DNA of 64,000 nucleotides from Cirrosporium novae-zelandiae. Taxonomy: Eukaryota. The DNA is taken from the NCBI GenBank assembly GCA_026023565.1, contig JAPETS010000059.1:1-64000 (forward strand). The letters are read 5' to 3'. The stretch's first letter is position 1. Each line of letters starts with the position of its first letter. A model generated the notes under the pieces. That model was not told the DNA's origin. It saw only the letters and a list, made by a program, of their open reading frames with translations, and searched no databases. A program made the translations under genes and the position numbers. This document shows, piece by piece, positions 50,766 to 62,620 of the stretch.

Positions 50766-51994
50766 TGGGTTTCAGAGGGTAATTTTTTTTTTCTGTTTTA
50801 GTTTACTGAGAGTCCTACTACTATTCCTTCCCCTATTTCATCTTCCTTATTTCTCAAGCCCACACTATGTTTCTAGTCTACAATCGTCTTCAGTTATGGC
50901 TAGACAACTGATTATTTCTTCTATCAAATTATCGCGGTGCGGCAGGGTAGGTAGGTTAGGGGCCTACGTCCCATGTATAGGGGATCCAGCTTAAGGCAAA
51001 GGCATAGCACTCAACTTGCTGCTCTAGCGAAAAGACTCTCTAATATACAATAGGAGAACTCACTCTTCAACAGGACAAGCATCTGGAGTTTTGCACATCT
51101 GTTGAGCTTTTCAGAAATTCATTTGTCTGGACCACGACCTCATATTGTACCTACTCCCTATACTCGGGCTATCCCTACTCTTGATATTTCATTTCCTCGC
51201 GAGCAAAGCAATGCCACTCCCCTACAATATTTTCAACTCTGTTCATATTAACCCGCTCATATCCTTGGCAACCCTTATAACTATGTTCGCAGGGTTCGAT
51301 TGTCCTCAAGTGATGCTATTGTGTGCCTGTAATTATATGTTCGAGTACTGCTTCCTCCTTTTGATAGGTAAAAATGAGAGTGACCGGATGCATGAGCTTC
51401 TCACGTTATACTCTGGGGAGATCTTCAAATACAATCAGCCTTCAGTGAAAGTCGATGTGAATCATAAATCGATTTTATCTGAAAGCCTCCTCAACGTTTG
51501 ATCGCTTCTATTTCTACCTATCGATAGTGAGCTTATGATGAAGCTGCTTCATATACTGTAGCCCTGATAGCCTTATTGCAATATTATTCTGTTCAACTGA
51601 CCTGTTAGCAATCATCTTGAATAGATTTATCCTTTAGCGGGGCCTGTATATCCCACTTGTTCCCGTTTCTCAATAATAACAATAAGGAGAGAGCTGAACA
51701 TATTCCTAGGCCTTTCCCGCGGATCATTTCAATGACGACAAATCACAAAATTCAAATGACCCGAAATTGTAACTTCCAAGCAAAATCCCAATTCAAAGTC
51801 TCCTAAACTAAGCAGCAGTCGATGGTAACCATAATTTCAAAGATATCTTGTTGGGTATATTCAAGCCAGAAAGCCTTATCAAAGCTGCCATGTTTTCAGC
51901 CGAAGCAATCCCTACTTTCAGGTGCGCCAAGGATAAACAACAACAACTAGCAGCATCTCACCACAATTCTCAAAAGAATGTAACGCAAAGCATT

Positions 51995-54900
51995 TCACAC
52001 CGTATCTCGAGCTGCCCTTCCAAATCTTTTGGCAACCAAGTTCGCCCATTCTACCTCCGATCTCTTCTTCTCAAGAATTTTTGGATCTTCCTTCTTAGAC
52101 CGCCACTCTTTCAAAAATTGAGAGGCCTCCTTTTCTTCCTCTTGTGTAAGTTGATCGTCTTCGTCCTCGTTGATTTCGCTAAGCTTAAGTGATGAGATTA
52201 AGTAATCTTTGAGAATGCCCTGCCTAAGTTAAGGTTTATTAGCTAGGTATGTCTAAACTTGAAGACAAATGACTTACGTTTGCCTCTTAATTAGCTTGTC
52301 GAGAACAAAGGGGTCTTTGCCTGCAAATTCGTCCAGGGGAGCACGATCCACAGCTCGAGGGGGGGCCATCATTTCTTGAAGGTCGTTTTTGTTCACAAAT
52401 CGTAATGGGGATCGTTTATCGACCACTCGGGAGGTTAACTGACTCTTCAGCAGAGCTTTCCAGTAGACAATCTCTTCAAAACTACCACCAACAAGCAATG
52501 TATAAACATATGTAGGTTTTTCTTGCCCAATTCGATAAGCACGACCGATGGCTTGCTCTTCCACTGTTGGGTTAAAGCCAATGTCGAATAATACAACCCT
52601 ATTGGCCCCTGTAAGATTCAATCCCAACGCCCCAGCTGATGTAGATATGAGAAAGACGTCACAATCCCCTTCATTGAAAGCCTTTGTGCTTTCTTGTCTA
52701 AGAGACATTTGTGTAGAGCCATCAAGTCTCATAAGTTTATAACTGTTTTCGTTCAGTATCCACTGCTCTAGATAATTGAGTGTATCGATAGAGTGACTGA
52801 AGATAAGAACTTTATCGCCCACCTCGGAGGAGAATTTCAATATATAGTTCAGCACTCTACACTTATAAGAATAGTCCAAGAATGACTCTGGACTGGTGGT
52901 CATTGGGTGCTGGAGGAACTCCTCACGAATTTTCGAAACGCTATCATCGGGGATTTTCAAAACTTTGGCAGGCTCGGTTGCTTTGGCCAGATATTTTGAC
53001 CAGAATGTGAACGGGTGATTGCAAAGTAGTTTGAGAACATTCAGGCATGACCAGACCATTCCCATGTTAATTTTGGAATCCCTGGCATTTATATATTGCC
53101 CATAAACAGTCCCTTGAAGTGCAGTGAACGGAACAGTGACGACAAATTCAGTTTTAGCGGGTATCTGGCCTTTCAGAACGGTGATATCTGCTCGGTGGAC
53201 CTTGGGTGCGAGTTCCTTCTTGAGAGCATCTAATCTGATTTTATGCTTGCGTCGTTCTACGGCTGTGCTGTCAGAATACATTCCTTCGGTGATGGGTTCC
53301 ACATATCTGCTACAAAATTCCGGTTCGTTGCCCAAATAGCCGGGCTCAATCCAGTCAATCATCGCGTAGTACTCAATAAGATGGTTTGAGAGGGGTGACC
53401 CTGTAAGGGCAATTCGACTTGGGGACTGGAATTTTGCAGCAGCTTTCGCGATACCCGTGTTTTTATTCTTGATTTTATGGGCTTCGTCGGCCACGATGAC
53501 ATTTGGACCTTCAAGGAGTTGTTTGAGGATCTTCTGGTGTTGTTCTTCATTAAGCTGAGGGTCTTTCCCATCACGTGTCTTGTTTTCAACCAATAAGCGG
53601 AGCAGATCATAGCTCATAATCAGGATACCGCCTTCCCTAAACCAAGCATCTACTTCTTCCAGTCGATGGGAGACACGGGTAACCCTGGAATCAAGTTTCC
53701 GCAAAGTGCCCAAATTCCTATCTCCCCCCAGAGGAGGTGTCCAGATAATAAATTCGTCCCACCAATTTTCAATAAGAGTTGACGGGCACAAGACTAGGGT
53801 TCGGGACTTTAGCAATCGATTTGGTATCAGGTTGCGTACGCTGGGATCCTCCGAACTAGCACACTCAGCGATGGTAACAAGGAGACTGATAACCTGCATG
53901 GTTTTGCCAAGACCCATGGTATGGGATAATAGAGCTCCTGAACCAGCCATAATTTCTCGCCATAAGAATTGAACTCCCTCGATCTGATGAGCCTTGATCC
54001 TCTTACCAATCCAAGGATTTAGAATAACCAATCCTTCAGTCTCTAGTTTTCCTGGGTTAATAATTACCTCCGAGGTTGTGCTTTGCCCTTCCGAATTTTG
54101 TTTCATTGAATCTATTAGGGTCCTCCGGCGGTCCTCTTGTTCCTTCACTCGTTCTTTATTGCTGAAACGGATCGATCTTGCTCTTTGGTTCTCTTTCACT
54201 TCACGTTTGCGTTTCTTGTGAGGACTATCGTTGACTATAGATGAATCACTAGAGGAAGTAGATGAATCGTCGTGGGTAGAAGACATAGAATCCTGGCGCC
54301 TTTTTTTTGATAAAAGCGCCGTGGATTTGATACCATGTAAGTCTGTTTCGGAAAGGACCGTATCCTTCAAGAGCTCCTCGGATGAGGTGCCACTTTCATA
54401 GTCATCCCTTCCCTGGCTATCCTGTCTACAAGTAATAAAAGTATTGGGGGAATCTGCAACCAAATATTCATCCGTTGCTGTGGTTTGTTTATGACTATAC
54501 TGACTGTCGTTCAACGAAGACTCATGAAGGCCTCCAATCATGCCAAAGCTATACTCCCCACTTGAGTTCTCCTCATAGGAGTCATTGGTATATTCGGACT
54601 CTTCTTCACTGTCGCTCGTCAACCTCTCTTCGTCAGTAGCGTAACTTGTCCTACGATGAATGTACTTGAATGCGGTTGAAGCTCTCGATTTTGGCTCAGG
54701 GCATGCTTCTGATTCCAAAATAGATAGCAACAATCGGTTATGCTCCCGTGCAAATATATCAGGCTCCATTGCTCCGCATGTCTCCTCGAGCTCTTCAACG
54801 GTTGAATCTAAAGCAAAGTTCTGACGTATGTTTGCAAGTCTCTGCTCACAGATCTGGATTGATTTCCTAGTAGAAGTTTTGCGCCCCTCTAGATCGAACT

Positions 54901-55720
54901 CTGGCTGGCGTGATTGCATCCAGATACCATGAGCATGGTATTCTAGTTTGGCGAGCTTTGCCTCTCGAAAAACTTCGACCATTCGAGAATCTTCCCTATC
55001 AGCAATGTCTTTGATTTGTTCATTTGTTAGTTGACTAGAAGCAACAGCGGCAGACGGAGAAGCATCATATTGTAAAATCTCTTCAAATTCACGTTCCTCC
55101 TCAGAGTCAGAGCTTTCTTCGTAACCACTTTCTATGATTTCATCATCATTAGATGGCTTGAGGTATTTGATTAAATGTTTATCCTGCGGATAATCTTCTA
55201 TAAACTGTTTGATTTGCAGTGATTCGTTACAATCTGGGAAATATTGACGAGGTCCTGAGAGTAAAGCTCTGCTCTGTAGATTTGTTGCGGTCTCTAACAG
55301 GCGGGGCTCATTGTAGGAGCTGACAAGTGTAGGCTGAACTCTCTTCACTGAGGTATCGGCTGAGTCTGCTGGTAAATTATTTGCGCTCAACCCGAGATCA
55401 TTGTCTGGATTTGATATGTATTCTGAAAACTTGGTCGACTGAGCCTGAAGTTGACGAACGCGATGAAGTAGATGACTCGCTACGCCTATTGAGTTAATGC
55501 CCAAACCATCCTTCACTGTGCTTCTGTCCACTATTTCAGTAAGAAGAGTGAATCCATCCACATCATTCAGCTTAAAGGCCTCTTTAATGATGATAAGATT
55601 TTTATCAGTAGCATGAATATGGATTGGTGAGGTCTTCTCACAGAGCCGCGATCTTACTATATCAGGAGACCACTCGAATGGGTCACCAACATCAGGCCCA
55701 GGAGGTGCTGTTGAGTCCAT
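51995..55720 (-). CDS. SNF2-family helicase, ATRX/ARIP4-like, with N-terminal SAM-like domain
   Basis: HQIEGVQFLW, HTMGLGKT, DEAHKIKN, LTGSPLSN, GLNLTGANRVVLFD, EQAIGRAYRIGQ; short intron 52277-52224, then last exon (EDDQLTQEEEKEA) to TGA at 51995. Confidence 0.9.
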
Positions 55721-56805
55721 TTCTTCAATTGGTGTCCTAATTAGGATGGCTAACCCAAGGATGGACTGTACTCTAGAAAGGAATCGAGAGGTTGTGGATA
55801 TGGATTGAGAGGAAGCCGGGGTTTAATAGACAAGGTAGATGCATAACAGTTGTTGGTGAGAAGTTGACAAGGAACACATCAACAAATCAGCATCAACGAC
55901 CCTCGTTGAAACTCGAGTCAAGGTCAGCTGGTGGAAGAGATTTCAATCTATCGAAAAATAGTGAGATAAGGTTGCTAAAAAGCTTACCAATGAACGTGAG
56001 ACGACAGATCATGGCAATTGAAGGTGGTAGATGGCGTGTTCTTTAGGAGAGATGCTAATAAACAAATCGCTATAAACAAAGATGTTTTCGAAGACTTCAC
56101 GTCTAACTCATGGTGAGGGCGTGGGACGTGAGGATAGTGATAGGACTTTAGAGGCTGAACAGGAGAACGAAATCAAATCAAAAACTAGATTAGACTCTTC
56201 TGTGAAGTACTAATTATTTAACCCATCCTGCCTTCCTTTTAGGTCGAGGCTAGAATTGGGACATAGTTACAATCTCATTTGTCAATTACTTGACTCTTGT
56301 ACTTGTATTGTATTTGTTTCGAATAACAGAGATAAGATTATAGGATACATATTCTAGCAGGGTTTCAATTTTGGGACCTGTTGGAAGACAATTGGATAGT
56401 GCGAATCCGAGAGACTGGTAACGATGAAAATGTTTGATTCGAAAAATGGGGCTGCAGAGCTAGGAGACCAGGATGAAGTAGGTGAACATGATGGAGGAGG
56501 CATTTGAATAAAACCCATGAAGCTGTTCACTTCATTGTGACTGATGTTGTTTGATGTCGTACAATGCTGAAGCATATCTTTATGCTATCCTATTTTAACT
56601 TGGCTTGAACATTATTACGCAATACCAAAAGTAAAACTATATCCTATATGCGCGATCACGTGTTTCGTAATTAACAGCCTGAGATTGATTAGAAATACGC
56701 GTTCCATTCTGCCATCGATATCCGCCTTCTACCCCACGTCCCCTCACCCTCATCGTATTTTAATATTTACAAGTACCACAATATCACCACAAAATTAACT
56801 TGCCA

Positions 56806-58669
56806 ATGGCTTCCTGGATTGATTCTTCATATCCACCAACTCTAACTCCAGAACAGGAAGAATATCTTCTTGATAATCTGAAGAACTGGTCTATTGCCAA
56901 TGGCCTCGCCGTCCGCCCCACTTCCGCCTTCGTCCCCGAAGAGACAGACCCTTCTATGAGCCTCGCGACAACAGCACCCGTCACTTTATTTCCAAGCCCT
57001 TTTCCAAGAAAATGCTTTGATATGGCAAAAGACCTGCAGGTCTCTTATAACGAATTGTATGCAGCTATCAGCAGTGATGAAGCATGGTTGAAAGATATCG
57101 TTGAAGAGTATGTACATTATCAAAACTAGGATCCAAGTTTCTATAATTGAAAATACTAAAGTCGCAAATTCGTCCTGAGAAAGGTTGCAACTTCAATGTA
57201 GATATTGGCAAAATATGAAATCAACATCTAGATTCTGTGATAATTTAGGAGCTACAGCTCCGTGGATGGCCTCCTGATATGTTAATGTATACTAACTGTG
57301 TGAGATCAGGATTATAGACGTGGATGATTTTGTTGCTAAGTTGTGGTCGATTCATCTGGATGTAAAGGAGGAAGGCTATGTTCAGGATCTTACATTTGGC
57401 CTCTTCCGATCTGATTATATGGTACATTCGCCTACCTCATCGTCGAATGAACCTTCATCACCTCCTTCCATCAAACAAGTTGAATTCAATACCATATCGT
57501 CTTCCTTTGGCTGTCTCTCTAGTCAAGTCTCCCTTCTCCACCAGTAAGCCTTGCCCCTCTTCTTCACCGTATGTCACTGACCTAGCAGGCATCTCCACGA
57601 ACTTCCTGCGACCCCATATCCAACAAGTATCAAAAGCGCATCGCTTCCATCAAACCCAACAATTCCTAAATTGGCACAAGGGCTGAAGGAAGCTCATATC
57701 GCCTATGGTCCTTCCAAGTCTGTTCCGTCACTTCCACTATGCATTATAATCCTCGTTCAACCCAAAGAACACAACATCTTTGACCAGTACCTTTTAACGA
57801 ACCACATCCAAAATGACAAAATACCAATCTTCCGCTTGCCATTCACCACCGTTCTCGACCACACCAAAATACCCTCTTCCAATCCATCTCGTCCCTTGGT
57901 TTACACCCCACCACATTCTCCATCAACCCCCTACGAAGTGAGCGTCCTCTATTTTCGAGCTGGCTATGCTCCATCTGAGTACCCGGACTCCACCGTCTGG
58001 ACTGCACGTCATCATCTTGAACGCAGCGCAGCAATAAAATGTCCTTCGGTCCTCACTCAAATCAGTGGTATAAAGAAAGTTCAGCAAATGCTTGCCATCC
58101 CTCACTCTGTCACCTCTGACTCTGATCCACTGACCCACTTCCTCCCACACACATCTTCTTCGGACCTGTCGAGAATTCGCTCCACCTTCTGCGCACAATA
58201 CCCGCTCTTTCCACTAGACTCTCCTTCGGCCAAAGAAGGTCGGGCTCTCGCTCTCGATTCCAAAACCGCACCGGGCTTTGTACTGAAACCGAATCGCGAA
58301 GGTGGAGGAAATAATATCTACGGTTCCGACATACCAGACTTTCTGAAATCGATCCCAGAAGATCAATGGAAGGGCTACATCCTGATGTCTCTGATCGAAC
58401 CCCCTGCTGAGGGCATGGGCGTACAGAATGCTGTTTTCCGCAACGGAAAGGTCGAGAAGGGAGAAGTTATTGGGGAGCTTGGTGTTTTCGGGTGTTGTCT
58501 GTGGAGGCAGGTTTCCATAGGCTCTAATAAGAGCGAGAGTGCAAATCAAGGAATTATCAAGGGAAACTTTGAGGCTGGATATCTGCTGAGAACCAAAGGG
58601 AGGGGGAGTTCAGAGGGAGGAGTCGCAGCTGGGTTTGGTAGTGTGGATAGTTGTTTGTTGATTGATTGA
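56806..58669 (+). CDS. GSH2: Glutathione synthetase (eukaryotic type, 3 exons)
   Basis: APVTLFPSPFP, GLFRSDYM, KQVEFNTISSSFG, YFRAGY, SAAIKCPS, LKPNREGGGNNIYG, ELGVFG, LRTK..EGGVAAGFG. Confidence 0.97.
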
Positions 58670-58939
58670 CCGGGGTTTAGTGTGTTCCTATAGACATAGA
58701 AATGATGGATAAATGTAAATAGAAACTAGAGTAGTATAGTTTTTGCGGGATACATCTGCTTCGATATTGTTCATGAATTAGTCAATGACATGCCCCAAAA
58801 TCTAATGCATGATAATGGCCATTTTCTTTCCAAAACGCCAACCCAAACAAAACTCGTCCCCCACCCAACTACCGACCCCAACGCCCCCCCACATAACCCA
58901 CTCTACAGCCCCATCACCCACACAAAGAGTCAAAAGATC

Positions 58940-59026
58940 CCCCTTGTGGTGTAGTTGGATATCACGTTCGGCTGTAATGTATCAATTGGAACCGAAAGGT
59001 CACCGGCTCGATTCCGGTCGAGGGGA
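58940..59026 (+). tRNA. tRNA-Tyr(GTA) with 13-nt intron
   Basis: Acceptor CCCCTTG/CGAGGGG with C1:G72 and A73, anticodon stem TTCGG/CCGAA, GTA at 58974-58976, intron 58978-58990, T-stem ACCGG/CCGGT, downstream T-runs. Confidence 0.93.
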
Positions 59027-60980
59027 GCAGAAGCAGAAGTTACTGCAAAATTATCCAAACCTTTTTTTGGTGTTTTTCTTTTCTTAAATGTACTTTTAAT
59101 ATATATGCGAAACAGAGATTCCATAAATTGAAAATTAATAAAGAAATTCTAATTATATAAATATTATTCAAAAAACCTTGTTGTCGGTAATGATATTCAT
59201 GCGACAACGGAAATCAAAAATCGCAAATAAAAAATCTATTAAATCGTGAAATTCTAGTTGAAAGGTTATTACAAGTGTTTAATCCTTTCTAAATTCCAGG
59301 AAATGCAAACAAGTAAACGTAGGAGGGATCTCTTTGGAGTTAACAGTGGGTGTTTACTACAGTAGGTTCAGGGATAATGATTAAGTGTATATTCGTGATT
59401 ACTAGACTACAAGATAGGGATGTGGATTCTACTTATATTCTGCGCTATCCTGGTATTTATATCTTTTCCATCGTTCCTCAAGAGCACGACCACAAAGCTC
59501 CATTCAGTGTTTCACGAATTATGGTCCTCCCAGTCTCTTAGTTGTACCAACTACAAGGCCGGACCACCATGAGTCCATCCACCGAGTCGTGGCTAGTAAG
59601 AGGTAAGGCCAACGAACAGTCAAGCCCCCATAGTATCTTTTAGTTTTCTCGTTACCTCATGCACAACCAGGAACCACTTCCAATAGGTTCATGAGTAGTC
59701 TCTTTCTCACTCCCCGTATCCCAGTATGTTTCGAGGTGGAAATGTGAAATCGCACTCCGGAGATGGGCCATATCATGTTGTAAATAATCAATTGACCCTT
59801 GCAACTTTGTTCCCATGGCTCGCCTCTCAAGCTCTGCGAGAATGACTTAGGTAGGCGTATATACCTAGGTAATCATCAACGCGCAATGCCGATTTAACCG
59901 AGGATGCATTAATTGTTATGGAAAGATGTAAAGAGGAAAGCTGCCAAAGAAAAGAAATAGAGTTATAGCTGGGACATTTGACTTTATCGTTGGACCCACA
60001 ACGCCAGGCGAAAGGTTAAACTCCACTTTATTTCAGATTGAAGACTTACCTGGATCCTCGAGTACACGCCTGTCCCCACCTGACAATTTGTTCTTCTCGT
60101 TAATCGTCAATCATGACTGGTGAGATTAAACATCCATCAGCTATATCCAAGCATCAATAGACTCCAAAGGAACACATTGTTCATCCCATCACCATGACTC
60201 CACGAGCCTCATCCAGGTTCCCCGCATTAATATAATTATATCCCACGTGTGTCCCCCTGTCATCTCGTGCATGGATATGCGTGTGGCATACCACTCCTGA
60301 AGCGGCTCCTGAAGCGGAATCATGGCCATTTATGGAGATGTGAACCTCGGGTGGAGAAGCGCGATCGAAGTTTTGAACATATTCGAATACGACCTAGCTT
60401 GACTAAGACGAAAGTAAAACTTTGGCGCGCTTGCTGTGCATGGTACTAGGGATCATCTTCCTTCATTTCTTTTCCGTCCAATTGGCAGTTAGTTGCTGAT
60501 AACCTTTGACATGCTTGGCCAGGACCAAAGAGAATCGAGATAAAATCCCGAGTCACTATTTAAACTATGAACCCCTGGACGATAGCCACAGTATTTTATT
60601 TGATATCTAAATGGAAATATTTCCAATGTCATTCGACTTTGATTCTATCCTTTAATCATAGAGGCAATGCGGATTCACGTTCCCCGATGATCATCACCAT
60701 CGCTACCATTCTCATCTATCGCTCGTGATGGTTCTAGGCCTGCCTGATAAGACCCTGATCCTCCGGGGATATCGATTCCCTGCTAGCTATGTCAAGCACG
60801 AAACGTGCCTTCAGCTTACTTACTTAATATCACATCACTAATATGCTTCCGGGAGTCTAGGATCAAGCCTCCAAAGAATGACAGAAGACTAAATTCCAGA
60901 AAGCTTCCCTTGACGTATCCACACTGGCATAATAACGCATCAAATTATTCTACAATGTAAGAACGATGCGCGCCGCCTTG

Positions 60981-61011
60981 CTTCTTCTTCTTCTTCTTCT
61001 TCTTCTTCTTC
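60981..61011. repeat. (CTT)10 microsatellite just upstream of the PTH11-like start codon
   Basis: Perfect trinucleotide run. Confidence 0.92.
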
Positions 61012-61027
61012 AGCATTATATTTCAAG

Positions 61028-62555
61028 ATGAGTTATGAGGACCTGCAGCCCGCAGCATGGGGAGTTTCCAGCGCAATGTTCATTGTATGCACAGTGTCTT
61101 GCCTCCTTAGGATCTATTCTCGAGGGTTTATTGTAAGAGATTTTGGATGGGATGATAAACTTCTAGTTTGCATCTTTGTCAGTATTGCTGTACTTTTTCT
61201 GAATCAAGAGTGATGGCTAACTGCTATATAATTAGCTCCTAAGCATCGGCCGTCAATATATCTTACATCGATTCCTCTATCTTGGAAAAGCAATGTGAGT
61301 AGAATTTATTCCATCGAAATTTGAAGCTTACCTGGTAACTCACACCTGAATACAGAAACTCGGACGAGAAGAAATCTGGGTCAACCTCAGATGCTGACTA
61401 TCAAAGCCTGGTTACGGTTGCAATCTCCGTTTCAAAATACTGGATTGTTATATCGACTCAGGCTAACTAGCAGCAGCTGCTCTTTGTCGATGAAATCTAT
61501 TATACTTTTATGCATTGGATCATCAAGATGTGTTTTTTATTATTCTATCTCCGATTATCCGTAAACGAGAAATTTCGCCGGTTCGTGCATGCGACCACTG
61601 CCCTTAATACCATAGTGGCGGTCACAGTATTGATCCTATTATGCGTCCAATGCATTCCGCTGAAGGTCTACTTTCATAAATCATTATACGATAACCCCCG
61701 TTGTTTGAATGCTGCAGTCATCTATTTCGTTCCTACAATATGCGTAAGTCCCTATCCAAATCACCACGACACTAAAACACCACCCCAGTTAACATATTCT
61801 TACTTCAGGACACATTCTTAGCCCTTTGTATCCTAGTCCTCCCAATCCCCATTCTCTGGAAACTCCAGGCCTCTATCCGACGGCGTCTCGCTCTCTTAGG
61901 CATCATCACCTGCGGCGGCGTGGGCGTTATCGTGTCCATCGTGCGCGTAATAGTGCTATACGACTTCGCCATGTCCGACAACTTCGTTCCACTGATCCAA
62001 AAAACCGTAATCATGACCAGCGTCGAAATCAGCGCCTATATCCTATCCGCAAACCTACCCTCGATGAAAGCAATCTGGTCCAAACACGTCACCAAGAGTC
62101 TACCATCCGCCCACGGTTTTTCAACCAGCGCGGAAGGAACCTCGGGTCGAAACCGAAACCGAAGCCACCAACCCAATCAGGTCTCCATCATGGCCAGCGG
62201 CCACTCACACGATCGCAGCAACAGGAGTAGATCCCAACATGAGCTTGCTGTTTTAACTTCGAAACAAGACCGCGACTGGGACCGGGATCGCATGCGCAGC
62301 GACTCGGAGGAAGAACTGTTCAATGCTTCCAGCAGCGGGGACGGCCACAGCAGTCAGCAAGAGGGGATCGGGAGTCACACCAATGGCATCGTGGTGACGA
62401 GGGAGCTGGGTATCAACAGCGAGACTGTGTCTGTTCCATCAGGACTGCCCTCGCCGGATTTCAACCAACATTATTATGAGTTTCCACCGGGAAAGCCGGC
62501 CAAGGTGCCAGGGAAGTCGAGAGTGGTGAGAAAGGGTTCAAAGGGTTCGGATTAG
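61028..62555 (+). CDS. PTH11-like (fungal rhodopsin-domain) integral membrane protein, multi-exon, no CFEM domain
   Basis: LLRIYSRGFIVRDFGWDD, IKMCFLLFYLRL, QCIPL, LVLPIPILWKLQ, IVSIVRV, EISAYILSANLPSMK; Ser/Arg-rich cytosolic tail. Confidence 0.88.
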
Positions 62556-62585
62556 CTATTCCAGGCGGAATTAGGGAAGCGAATC

Positions 62586-62620
62586 GACCAGACCAGACCA
62601 GACCAGACCAGACCAGACCA
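62586..62620. repeat. (GACCA)7 microsatellite
   Basis: Perfect pentamer run in the 3' flank of the PTH11-like gene. Confidence 0.92.

Noticed and set aside
57108..57310. Long GSH2 intron 1 as a snoRNA host or nested intron
   Set aside because: No convincing box C/D or H/ACA set, and no nested splice arrangement found
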